From contig CM059432.1 of assembly GCA_030390025.1 (NCBI GenBank), positions 91,328,001-91,392,000 of the forward strand: 64,000 nucleotides of DNA. The letters are read 5' to 3'. The translations under genes and the position numbers were made by a program. Positions 50,404 to 62,700 of the stretch are shown here, one piece after another (the stretch's first letter is position 1; the number at the start of each line of letters is the position of its first letter). The notes beneath the pieces are model-generated. The model saw nothing but the letters and a program-made list of their open reading frames with translations, was not told the DNA's origin and ran no database searches. The DNA is from Squalus acanthias. Its lineage: Eukaryota.

Positions 50404-53400
50404 GGGCTGAATTTTTACCTGTGAGTGGGTTCGGGTGCGGGGGTGGGGGCGGTGGCCACATAGCGGGTCGCCATCACAAACTTTCCATCAGCGCGCTCTC
50501 CACTGTGTGTTTAACTTAACGAGATCAATTCACTGAGTCATGCGGGTTTCCTGGTCAATTAACTGGAGTGGGTCTGATGATGTCACGGATAACTCGCCTT
50601 CAGCTCACCTATTTAAAGGAGCCTTGCACACATCAGGGTTGAAGGTTGTTGTAGGAGGGTCTGAGGTGGTTGTGAGAGGGGCCTGTCACTGTTACATCCA
50701 ATACTTTGACTGTGAGGGTGTAAGCATTTAGAGCCAATGATGCAGTCTCAGCGCCAGAAGGCTGCGCCCAGGTTTTCAGATTCCTCCCTGGACATCCTGC
50801 TCCAGGGAGTGAGAGCACGGAAGGAGGTCCTGTTCCCTGGTGATGACAGGAAGAGGCCAGCCAGTGAAACAAAGAGGGCATGGCTGGAGATCGCCCACGT
50901 AGTGAGCAGCAGGGGTGTTGTCAGCCACTCCTGGATGCAGTGTAGGAAGAGTTTTAATGACCTCATGAGGTCAGGAAAGGTGAGTACAATGCCACATTCA
51001 ACTACATCTTGATGTGCGTCACCCCAACCCCATCATTCTGCCTTCCCAAGCCTACTCCTGTACATCACACCGACTTACCTTGAAGGTGTACCCATCCCTC
51101 ACTCTCTATGCACCTACTCACATCCCCATCTGACTATCCACCACTGTCACTCACCCTCATCCTAAAGCAATCATAGAAAGTAACGCCACAGAAGGAGGCC
51201 ATTTGGCAATGTCACACCACTCTCTCATAGTCACCCTCTACAGATGTAGCCCATCCATCCCCTACACTCATTCCATCACTCTCACTCAAAGTTCTCTTCT
51301 TTCCCTCCTTGCAGGAGAAGAGAGCCCAGAATAACAGGGAGAGATAGAGAACCGGAGGTGGCCCTCCAATTTACAGCACATTGACGCCAGCAGAGGAGGA
51401 GGCACTGGAATTAAGCGGAGTGGCAGAGCTGTTGGCGGTGGGAGATGGAGAGAAGGGGACCTCCCAGCAACCTGGTGACAGATTTAAATATTATACAGCC
51501 ACATGGCATACAACAGTCATTTATGGTGACTGATGTCAGCAGCCAGTGAAATATCATGCTATGCATAATGGTAACATTAAACATTCTTATCGTAAGAGTT
51601 TTAATTCATGTCTTTACTCTCCCACAGGTCCATCAAGTGCCCCCCGCCCCCCCCCCACTGTCAGCCAGAGGAGGAAGACAACTCCTCAGAGGAAGCTCCA
51701 CTCTGAGGGTGCACGGCACCAGACCCATGCGCACCCAGCACACGTCGGTGGGTCTTGCGAGACATAGGGCGCGATCTTGCCAGCTCTGGGGAGGCGGGTA
51801 TGGAGGCGGGACTGCCGGGAAAATGGCAGAATCTGGGGGCGGGTGCCCATCCTGCCCCCAACCCACCTCCGTGCCATCTTGCCAGGAGGCGGGTAGCCGA
51901 CCCACGCCGGGTCCCGTGTCCTTGGAAGCGGGAAGGGGATTGCAGCCACTTAACTGCCTGTCAACAGGTAGTTAACAGGCAGATAAGAGGATTATCCCCA
52001 TTTTACCCACACAAGTGCGGGCTTCCCAAAGGCTGCGAACCCCGCCAGGGTCAGCGAGGCGAGTAGTGGGTCTGCGGGGGTCGGAGGGGTGAAAAAGTGC
52101 GCTGTGAAGGTAAGTGATGGGTGCAAGTGTGGAGAGGTAAGTTTGTGAGGTGAGTGGAAAGTGATAGAAAATGTTTACTTACCTTTGTTTCTTCCTGCAG
52201 GCTTCAAACGTTGGGGATGCGGAGAGTCTCGCATCTCACTGGCAGAGATGACAGATGGCTGCTGCATTCTCCAATGCAACAACCATCTAATTTCTGCTCA
52301 CAAACAACATAGAATGTCAGTGTTTGACAGCTTCACAGAGCTGTCAAACGATGACAATTCATCTGTCAAAAAATTTTGACAGATGAAACATCATACGCTG
52401 ACGTTCTCTGTAACCAGCTTCCCCTTAATTGGCCTGCTAAGCCCGCTGGGCAGGCTTAACAAGATTAATCATGGGAAAATAGCGTGGATTGGCCAGAAGT
52501 TGATGGCGGTGGGACTGAAACCCGACAAATGGGAGTCCCGCCTCCAAAAACTCCCCATTGGCAAAATCCAGCCCATAGTGTTGTCACCTGGTGTCTCACG
52601 CATCACAAGTGAGCAAAAGCAGATGGTGGGGACAGGGAAAGCAGTGGAGAGTGCTCGCCGGAGGGCGCAGGACGCTCCAAGCTCTGCTCAGCTGGATGCA
52701 GATGCTGAACCTCGGGGGCCGTCGACAAAGAGGTTGATCATGGAGGAGCAGAAACAAATGCGCGAGGCTCTGGTAGCTTTTCCAGCCACGATGTGCGCAA
52801 TTGTACAGAGAATGGAGGAGTCCATCTCCAATGTGTCGCAGGCGATGGTGACGATGTGCTCTTCCATGGAAAGAATGGCCACCTGCATGGAGCAGCTAAT
52901 GCGCCAGTCAAAGGACTCCATGCTTGCTGTGAACAATAGCTTGCAGACTCTGATTGCAGTCATCTCTAGGAGGGATACCAATGTAGATTTGGGCGTTCAT
53001 CGCCCCACTGATGTGCAGCAAGGTGCTCTCTAGCTCCTTGCTAGCAGGGAAGTGCGGGTTACCCATGAGAGGGATCATGATGAGAGGGGACATGGAAGTG
53101 GGGGCTCATCTCAAAGCACTCCCACTTCTCCCCCATTGCCTCCCCCTCAGTCAGAGCCCCACATGCTGCCTCAGAGACCGATGGCCGAGTCTGCCCCTGC
53201 ACAGTTGGAGGAGGAGCAGTCTTTGGAAGGGACTTCACAGGCTCCAAAACCCAGAGGATATCTGCCAAAAGTGTCTAAGCAGAGCAGAGAAGTGAGCAGC
53301 CTGCCTCTACCTCTGCTGAAGCCACAGGGGTTGCACCTCATAGAAGCACTCGGAAAAGAAAAATGACACAATCGTAGATACAAAAGGGTATGCGCATGGG

Positions 53401-55408
53401 TGTTCCAAAATGTTAGTGTTAAGTTTCAGTTCTATTTATGACCCACATAAATTTATTTCTTTGTACCACTTTCCCATCTTGTCCATTTTTGCCTGCTACC
53501 TGGGAAGTGGCCTTGTCAGTTGGAGTGAATGGTGAGACATTACTTAACCTCGAGCAATGAGTGTGTGTGTGACAGGAATGGTTTGGTCATTTTAGGACCA
53601 CTTTATGGTGTTGGTGGGGGCGGGTGAAGTTGGTACAGCATCTGGGAGCCAGATGGATGCACTGGTGCAGCTTAACTAAACTGTGCCATTATGAGGCCAT
53701 CCCGGGCCTCCCGGGCAGCAATGTGCACTGCTTCAGGTGCCATGTCCACCTCATGTTCCACCTGCTCCTCCTCCTGCTGCTCCTCTTCCGAAGAGGCTCT
53801 GGGCTCTGGCTCCTCCTGCAGCTCCAATCCTCGTTGCTGTGCTATGTTGTGCAGCGCGCAGCATACGACGATCATTCGGAGACCCTGGCTGGTGCATACT
53901 GAAGGGCTCCTCCAGATCTGCCAAAGCATCTGAAGCGCAACTTCAGCAAGCCGATTGCTTGCTCTATTACACATCTGGCTGGTATGTGGCTTTCATTATA
54001 GCGCTCCTCGGCCTCATTGTTGGCCTCCTCAAGGGTGTCATCAGCCACATTTCCAGTGGATAGCCCTAGTCTCCAAGCAGCCAGCTGGTAAGTCTGGTCG
54101 GAGGTGCGAAGAGCTGAGGGAGGGTGGACTGGCGCAGGATGAATGAATCATGACAGCTCCCTGGAAATCTGGCACACACATGCATGATGATCTTTGTGGT
54201 TACAGACAAGCTGCACATTGAGCCCTTCCGGTTCACAAGCACTCCTCGGTGATCTGGGGGTGCCTTGATGGCCACATGTGTGCAGTCAATGATGCCCTGC
54301 ACCTGTGGGAAGCCAGCCAGAGGCTCAAACCCGAGTGCACGCTCAGTCACACTGGCTTCATCAGTGGCAAAGTGCACATAAGTGCCTGACTTGTGAAACA
54401 TGGCATCAGTCACCTGGGTGATGCAATTGTGGACAGCCGACTGTGAGATCCTGCAAATGTCTGCTGCAGATCCCTGGAAAGAGCCTGAGGCGAAGAAGTT
54501 GAGGGCGGTGGTGACTTTGACAGCCACTGGTAAGGCGAGTCCACCAGGTCCACTCGGCAGCAGGTCTTGTTCTAGCAAGCTACAAATGTCTGTCACGACC
54601 TGGTGCGATAGCCTGAGCCTCCTGAGGCACTGCTGCTCAGTCATGTCCAGGAAGCTCATCCTCTGCCTGTATACCCTGTGTTGGGGGTATCGCCTCTGGT
54701 GCGGTGCACCCCTGCGCTGATCCCCTCTCTCCTGTGGAGCATCAGGTTGGTGAGGAGAAGGCTGCTGCTGCTGCTTTTAGTGCTGCTGGTGTTGTTGCTG
54801 GTGTTGCTGATGTTAGGGCTCATCTTGGTCCGAATCTGAGGTCCAAGGTGAGACAGCATAAGTGGCACCCTTGCTGATTTGCTAGATGCCAGGTAAAGTG
54901 GAGATCAGAGGCACAATCCTCCAATGTACTGAGAGCGACTAGCAATGTGGTGAGAGTGGCTTCCGAGGTTGCAGAAATCACCTGCAAACTCCTGAAAGCA
55001 AAATCTCTGCATAAAACGGTGTTAGCAAGAGCCTTTCCCTTTGGCAAGGAAGCAGGTGTAATGTGTGAGTATTTATGTGCTTTTTCCAGCTGTCGCTTAA
55101 TAAACTCGCACAATGGCCGCTGAGCTCTTGCCTTGCCTTCACAGTGAGGTTCAGGAAGTCCGTGAATCCCGTGCACAAACAGTAAAAGCTGAAACCTCAG
55201 GTTAAAAAGCCTCTTAAGGGTCTCTCAACGAGCTGTTAAATACTTCAATGAGGTCGCCCGCCTCTCCCGAGGTACGCTGGGAAATGTGCCCGTGTTAAAG
55301 GCGGAAGTCGGCGTGATGAAGGCGGGTTCCCGACGCGGTCAATTTCAGCAGTTTTAGCTGCCGACCCGCTCGCAAACCCGCACTCTCTTCAATGTAAAAA
55401 TTCCGGCT
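50404..55408. mobile_element. Full-span degenerate Harbinger: Myb gene on + (~50740-53366, 3 exons), transposase on - (~53672-54870)
   Basis: TIR GGGCTGAATTTTTAC vs GTAAAAATTCCGGCT. Myb AAPRFSDSSLDILL...WMQCRKSFNDL. Transposase [15 protein letters not shown] and LLGD* with stops and frameshifts. Confidence 0.9.
51767..52574. mobile_element. Harbinger MITE nested in Myb exon 3 of the 50404-55408 element
   Basis: TIR GGGCGCGATCTTGCCA / TGGCAAAATCCAGCCC with ATA TSD. The host exon resumes at 52578. Confidence 0.92.
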
Positions 55409-56109
55409 AAGGTTAATTTTCAAGTCCACTATGTCTCACATGCATCTGTTCATTGGGCATAATGGACTCAATAACAGCAGATCTCCAGCCCATTTGCAGT
55501 TGATGCACATTTCTAGTTTGATGGGAGCCAATGCAGGAAAATCTCACTTGAAACAGTTGAGCTTCATTTAAGCATTAACACCCGATGAACCATTTTCCAA
55601 CGCTCTTAAGTGCAGGATGCTTTCTTGACAGCTAGGTGTCAGTTGCTGAGGACTGAAAAATAGACTAAAGTTCTTTTGAAGGGCACAGAAAAGGTAAATC
55701 TATTTAGGCTATTTAAGGCCTGTTTTGCTTATTTCATTTTTGTTTTTTTCCCCCACATAGCACCTAAGCTCTCCTGAATAATTTGTGGCAATTGTTTTAC
55801 TTTTTTACCCCTGGCATCAATGGATATACCAATGGGAATGCCCTTACCTGAGGAGATGGAAGAATAAGAAGTGGATCAATGAAGGGCTGCCAGGCAGGTG
55901 AGGCTGCATAAGAGGTGCTCTGTGGTCAACTGAATGCATGAATCTGCAGACAGAAGCTCCTATTACCAAAGGAAGCTGGGATGGAAGATCCAATGACACC
56001 ACTAAGATGTGTGAATACCTGACTAACCATGTTATTAATTGCTTACTCAAAAGCACATGAATCCGAATAATCATGTCCTTAGAAAGTCAGATACAGAGCT
56101 CTGCCAGTT

Positions 56110-56488
56110 ATCATAGAAACACAGAAGATAGGAGCAGGAGTAGGCCATTCGGCCCCTCAAGCCTGTTCCGCCATTCAATGCAATCATGGCTGATCATCCA
56201 AATTCAGTACCCTGTCCTTGCTTTCTCTCCATATCCCTTGGTCCCTTTAGCCTTAAGAAATATATCTAACTCCTTCTTGAATATATTTAATGAATTGTCC
56301 TCAACTGCCTTCTGTGGTAGAGAATTCCACAGGTTCACCACTCTCTGGGTGAAGAAATTCCTCCTCATCTCAGTCCTAAATGGCTTACCCCTTATCCTTA
56401 GACTGTGACCTCTGATTCTGGACTCCCCCGCCATTGGGAACATCCTTCCTATAGTGTGGCAACCAGAACTGCACACAGTATTCCAGTA
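56110..56488 (-). mobile_element. Deleted CR1 3' fragment
   Basis: RGHSLRIRGKPFRTEMRRNFFTQRVVNLWNSLP. Confidence 0.85.
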
Positions 56489-56896
56489 TCACCGGCAAGG
56501 GCATCTGCAACTGCCAAACAGCAGCAAAATGGCATAGCCAATGAAAGTAATGGCTAGCTGTGGCCTCAAGTCTACCTCTACCTCCTTCCAGACATGCTGC
56601 AGTACTGAACTCTGGAGGTGGTGCCTTGTAATGGCAAGGAGGGCACTGTCCTTGCAACCACTTCATTTAGTACCACTTCCACTTCAAGAGCCATTAAACA
56701 AGGAGTTGTGTGCTGAGCTGTATCGTCACTTGCTTGCAGACTCCTGCATATTGGATTTTTATCCCCTAATTCTGACACTTCCCTTTAATTGTCTGTATCC
56801 CTTTAAATTTCACCTACATGCAGTTTTCTAATCGCACCATCAGTATACTTTCCATACCTATACAAATCTGCACTTGGACCTGTGAGAAAATGAAAA

Positions 56897-57120
56897 AAAG
56901 AACTCGCATTTACATAGTGCCTTTCACAACCTCAGCAGATCGCAAAGTGCTTCACAGTCAATGAATTACTTACAGTGTAATCACTGTTGGTTTTTAGGCA
57001 AACACGGCAGCCAATTTGCACACAGCAGGGTCCTACAAACAGCAATGAGGTAAATGGCTTGTTAATTTATTTTTGATGGTGCTGATTGAGGGATAAATGT
57101 ATGCCAGGACATCAGGGGAA
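56897..57120 (-). mobile_element. DeuSINE 3' part
   Basis: Homologous to 15248-15472 (GGCAGCCAATTTGC, TTGAGGGATAAAT). Confidence 0.72.
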
Positions 57121-57134
57121 CGACCTTGCTCTTA

Positions 57135-59590
57135 TAAAATTATAGAACAGTACAGTACAGAAGGAGGCCATTCAGCCCATCGAGTCTGCTGGCTCTTTCG
57201 AAGAGCAATCCAGTTAGTCCCACTCCCCCGCGCTTTCTCCATAACCCTGCAATTTTTTCTCCTTCAAGTATTCATCCAATTCCCTTTTGAAGGCTACTAT
57301 TGTATTTGCCTCCACCACCCTAGCAGGCAGTACATTCCAAATCCTAACCACTCGCTGCACAAAAAAGTTGCCCTGCCTTTCCCCCTAGTGGGAATGTACC
57401 TCAACTGTACCCGAACCATCTCCTCTTTAAAGGCAGCCCATTGTTCCATTACAGTTTTGCCTGCCAATCTTTGATTCCAGTTTACCCGGGCCAGATCCAT
57501 TCTCATCCCACTGAAATTGGCCTTCCCCCAGTTAAACATTTTTACTCTAGATTGCTCCCTGTCCTTTTCCATAGCTAATCTAAATCTTATGATTACTGTT
57601 CCCTAAATGCTCACCTACTGACACTTGCTCCACTTGACTTACCTCATTCCCCAGAACTAGATCCAGCAATGCCTATTCCCTCGTCGGGCTGGAAACATAC
57701 TGATCAAGAAAGTTCTCCTGAACACACTTCAGAAATTCTTCCCCTTCTCTGCCCTTAACACTATTATGATCCCAGTCTATATTTGGATAGTTGAAGTCCC
57801 CCATTATTACTACTCTATAGTTCTTGCACCTCTCTGTAATTTCTCTGCAAATTTGCTCCTCCATATCTTTCCCACTATTTGGTGGTCTATAGAATACACC
57901 TCATAGTGTAATGGCACCTCTATTATTTCTTAACTCTAACCATATAGATTCTGTCCTTGACCCCTCCAGGACATCCTCCCTCTCCAGCACTGTAACATTC
58001 TCCTTGACCAATACTGCCACACCACCTCCTATCTTTCCTTCTCTATCTTTCGTGAACACTTTATAACCAGGAATATTTAATACCCAATCCTGCCCTTTTT
58101 TGAGCCAGGTCTCAGTTATTGCCACAACATCATATTCCCATGTGGCTATTTGTGCCTGCAGCTCACTTACCTTGTTTACTACACTTCGTGCGTTCTCATA
58201 CATACACTGTAAACCCATCTTAGACCATCCCGTATTCTCTCTTAGTTTGGCCCTGCCTAATGCCTTAATATTTCTTACTTTAGTGCTCTCTGCCTCTCCC
58301 AATCCTTTGAGCACTTTATTTCCCCTTTCTAATGTTACATCCTGGTGCCCATCCCCCTGCCAAATTAGTTTAAACCCTCCCCAACAGCACTAGCAAACCT
58401 CCCCGCGAGGATATTGGTTCCGGCCCTGTTGAGGTGCAACCCGTCCGGCCTGTACAGGTCCCACCACCCCCAGAACCGGTCCCAATGCCCCAGGAATCTA
58501 AAGCCCTCCCTTCTGCACCATCTCTCCAGCCACGCATTCATCTGCTCTATCCTCCTGTTTCTATACTCACTAGCGCATGGCACCGGGAGTAAACCGGATA
58601 TTACTACCTTTGAGGTCCTACTTTTTAATCTCTTTCCTAGCTCCCAGAAATCTGCCTGCAGGACCTCATCTTTCTACCTATGTCGTTCGTACCGATATGG
58701 ACCACGACCTCTGGCTGTTCACCCTCCCGCCTCAGAATGTTCTGCAGCTGCTCAGTGACATCCTTGACCCTGGCACCAGGGAGGCAACATACCATCCTGG
58801 AGTCACGTCTGCGGCCGCAGAATCGCCTGTCTGCTTCCCTAACTATCGAATCCCCTACCACTGTTGCTTTCCCACTCTTCTTCCTCCCCCTCTGTACAGC
58901 TGAGCCACCCATGGTGCCGCAGACTTGGCTCCGGCTATATGCCCCAGAGGAACCATCGCTCTCACCAGTACTCAGAATCGAATGCTGGTTGGAGAGTGGG
59001 ATGCACTCAGGGGACTCCTGCACTACCTGCCTGGTCCTCCTCTTCTGTCTGGTGGTCACCCATTCCCTTTCTGCCTGCACACTCTTTATCTGCGGGGTGA
59101 CCACCTCCTGAAACGTGCTATCCACGAAGCTCTCAGCCTCATGGATGCACCGCAGTGTCGCCAGCTACTGCTCAAGCTCCAAAACCCGGAGCTCAAGCTC
59201 CTCCAGCTGACGACACTTCCTGCACATGTGGTTGTCCAGGACACGGGAAGGGTCCTGGAGTCCCCACATGGTACAGGATGTGCATTCCACGGGACTGAGC
59301 TGCCCTGCCATGCCTTTACTTAATAGGCTATTAACTAGAAACATTTACCAGCTACTCACCAATCAGCTCATTCCTTGGTTGTGACATCACTTTAGCTGTT
59401 CTGCAGTTGTTGCTTTTGTTGTTGTTGTTTTCACTGGAGGTCCTCCGCCTCCTTGCTGCTGCCCCGGTCTGCACTCTCTCTGGGCCCATGCTCGATTTAT
59501 ACTCCGCCTCCTGCTGTCCTGTGACATCAGTCTTTGTTTTTTGGGTTTTTTTAAGTCGCCGCTCAGCTCCCTTTAAGCTGCTGCCGCTCA
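57135..59590 (-). mobile_element. CR1 with 5' UTR, ORF1 (zinc finger, coiled coil, esterase; 59311-58365) and ORF2 endonuclease, RT deleted, 3' tail kept
   Basis: ORF1 MAGQLSPVECTSCTMW...CRKC, VVGDSIVR, CLPGARV, VHIGTND. ORF2 AITETWL and MGDFN. Jumps to the 3' tail at ~57375. Confidence 0.9.
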
Positions 59591-60772
59591 TGAAAACAAT
59601 TTCTCTTTATTTACTCTATCTAAATCCTTCATGATTTTAAACACCTCTATCAAATCTCCTCTTAGCTTTCTCTGCTCCAAGGAGAACAACCTCAGCTTCT
59701 CTAGTCTATCCACGTCACTGTATTCGCTCATCCCTGGAACCATTCTAGTAAATCTCTTCTGTAACCTCTCCAAAGCCTTCACATCCTTCCTAAAGTGTGG
59801 TGCCCAGAATTGGACACAATTCTCCAGCTGGGGTTGAACTAGTGTTTTATATAGGTTTAGCATAACTTCCTGGCTTTTGTACTCTATGGGCTGGATTTTG
59901 AAGTTGGAGTCGTGTTGGGGTCGGGAATCACACATTTTGGCTTGTAAACCCGCCTCCATCGAGATGTGGCCAACCCACTGTATTTTCCCTTGATTGACCT
60001 TGTTGAGCCCGCCCAGTGGGCTCAGCAGGCCAATTAAGGGCCACCCGGCAACAGGTGACGTCACAGACTGACATTTCATCTGTCAAGAGCTTTTGACAGA
60101 TGAAATATCAGCATTTGACAGCTCTGTGAAGCTGTCAAACACTCACAATATGATTTCTAACTTCAGTCCTTCCTCTCAGGCTGAGTTAGAAATAATTCCA
60201 GCACAGAAACCAGAAGGCTGCTGTTTTTGACAGGTCCACGGCTTTCCTGCTTTCTGTGCCGGTGAGATTTCTAACTCCCGAGAACTGAAGGGCTGACACC
60301 TGCAGGAGGAAGTTAAGGTAAGTAAAACTTATTTCAACACTTAGCACTTACCTTACACACTTACCTCTGCACACATGCATCCATCACTCACCTGCCCACC
60401 GGACATATCGACCCCTCCAACCCCTGCAGACCCACGGTCCGACCCGATAACTTGGAGTGGTTGCCACCTGTCGGGAAGCCCACACTTTTCGTTTTAAAAT
60501 AGGGATTATCCAAAAAACTGCCTGTTAACTACCTGTTAACAGGCAGTTAATTGTCACTAATCCCTTCCCACCTCGGGGAGTCGGGTCTCAGACCAGGTCG
60601 GGTACCCGCCGCCAGAGAAACTGGCATGGAGGCGGGTTGGAGTCGGGATGGGGTCGGGACCCCCAAATCTGCAACTTTAACCCCCCCCCCCCCGACTCCA
60701 AACCCGACTCCACGGGTCATTGAAAATCCAGCCCAGTGCCTCTATTTATAAAGCCCAGGATCCCATATGCTT
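59591..60772 (-). mobile_element. CR1 RT C-terminal fragment interrupted by a MITE
   Basis: EYKSQEVMLNLYKTLVQPQLENCVQFWAP. Resumes after 60737. Confidence 0.82.
59888..60734. mobile_element. Harbinger MITE, same family as 51767-52574 in opposite orientation
   Basis: TIR GGGCTGGATTTT / AAAATCCAGCCC. Shares internal hairpins and the GTTAACTACCTGTT block. TSD degraded (TAT vs AGT). Confidence 0.88.
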
Positions 60773-61166
60773 TGAATAGTGCCATGGGATCTCTTACACC
60801 ACTGAACAAGCACACAGACCTCATTTTAACATCTCATCCAATGTTAATCAACTTACCCTGGAAAACTGTGTGCTATTACTACATCACCATTCTGCTGAGA
60901 TTTGTACCAATTATTAAGAACTTACACCAATGGAAGTGAATAAGATGATTCTTAGGCTAGTCTTGTTTTCTGAAGGCATGGGTTGGTTATGTTACCTGAT
61001 GTTCATTTACATTCCATTTATAAAAATGAAATGGAGCTATTTCTATTTATGCTTTAATTCATTACAATTTAGAAGAATAATGTCATTTATCTTAATTGTT
61101 ACAATTGTTGACGGCAATTAAACGTTATCTACCCACTGCAAGTAAATGGTAAATAATGGCACATAC

Positions 61167-61304
61167 CGAAGTACCAACACCGTGATCCACCTTCTTCCGA
61201 TCTTTTCAGCCAGGATTCATTCCAGGAATTGCCAAAGTCAACCAGCAGCACCAGTTCAGTAAGGATAAAACAAAAAGCACCAGCTGAACCAATTCCAAAT
61301 GACA
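61167..61304 (-). CDS. SERINC3: Serine incorporator (SERINC3/SERINC1-like) internal coding exon, 138 nt, phase 1/1
   Basis: TTTTAG|TG acceptor and G|GTATGT donor. Translates (V)[45 protein letters not shown], matching the SERINC1/3 motif FILIQLVLLxDFAHSWNESW...RCWYA. The paralog assignment is tentative. Confidence 0.93.
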
Positions 61305-61849
61305 CTAAAAAGGAAATTTTATTTAGTACTTCTCTAAAACAAATCATTAACTGCAGATGAAACACATTAAAATAATAATTAATCTTTAACTTTATTTGAC
61401 AGTTATTCTTTATTCCTTGAATTTGCAAAATCGTTCAATGATTTATTAATGAATAGTTAAGTTGTGATTTAGATTTTTCTACTCTACCCTTAGATTTTAC
61501 CTCCACTGTCACTTAGATGAAGCACTTGGTTTGGTAGTAGAGGACACACACCATACTCTTTCACAAAGGGGAAGCATCAGGGTAAGACACGCTGAGCATG
61601 CACCTCAGAGTATTAGGGAGAGTAAAATAGGATTATTTTACTCCAACTGTTTCCTGAGAGCTTACTTGGGAGGACAAGATAAAATAGCATCAGAGGAATG
61701 GTATTTGAAGTAGGGCAGAAGGTGGTGCAAGTATACTGGTCCACTTTATTGTGCAGGTTTTGACTTTGTATGGAACAAGCACTTAAATGAAGGTCTCATC
61801 GATTACAACCTGCCTGACCATGAGTCACCAGGCATGCCTTTAGGCTCAG

Positions 61850-62700
61850 TCTTAGTGTCATTACCTGCCAATAGCTCCAGCAGAGTCTCCTTTCACTACC
61901 TACTCTGCAATAATGCCTCTTTGTATGCTATATTTGTGCAATATGCAACAGTCTAGAATAATGTTTGAGACCTTGTGGGGCTATACTCCCCCACTCTGTC
62001 CCAAGCCATGGAACCCTTGTTTCAACATTCTGATGGTTATTTCACCATACGTCCCATTGTGATCCTGGTGGCTGCATTCAGCTCTTGTTCTTGACTCCCT
62101 CAAGGGGGTCATAAGCCAGAGCTCGATGATATATTTGGTGTCCGAGAAGCTCTTCAAATAGTGATGGCACCACAGATTGATATAAGAAAAGATGTCATCA
62201 CTGCTACCAAGATAGTGGGCATCTATGTGCATATTTTGGGCATATGTTCACAGGACAGCTGGTCATTAATGGAAAAGAACCCCTTTCTGTTCATGAAGGT
62301 GATGAGAGTGAGGGTAGGAGCCTATATGTCATCAATAACACCCTGCGCTTTGGAGAAACATGCACCTTGAAACAAGGCATCTGTCACTTGTTTTATGCAT
62401 CAGTACATTGCTGATTTGAGATAATTGCATATATCCACTGCTGTTGCTTGGAAAACTCCGGTAGAGTAAAATTTCAAGGCAGTGATCATCATGATAGCTA
62501 CTAGCAGAGTCTTCCTTGTCATGGAACTTGTCTGAAGATCTGCCTCAAGGACGCAGCATGCTGTGACTGTTTCCCTGATGAAGCATAGTCAGTGAAGGTA
62601 GATCTTGTCAGACATTTCTAGGTAGCTGTTCATAGTCACAAGTGATTAGGTAAGGATGGGTGCAGGCAGTCTGCCTCAGACAATAATGCACTTCTCTCTC
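61850..62700 (-). mobile_element. Highly eroded Harbinger transposase remnant
   Basis: WLMTPLRE...IRMLKQGFHGLGQSGG and a PGSSHD-like remnant. Confidence 0.65.

Noticed and set aside
55844..56074. Minus-strand ORF ending in CAG|GTAAG inside the SERINC intron
   Set aside because: No SERINC similarity, and the flanking exons already join in frame without it.
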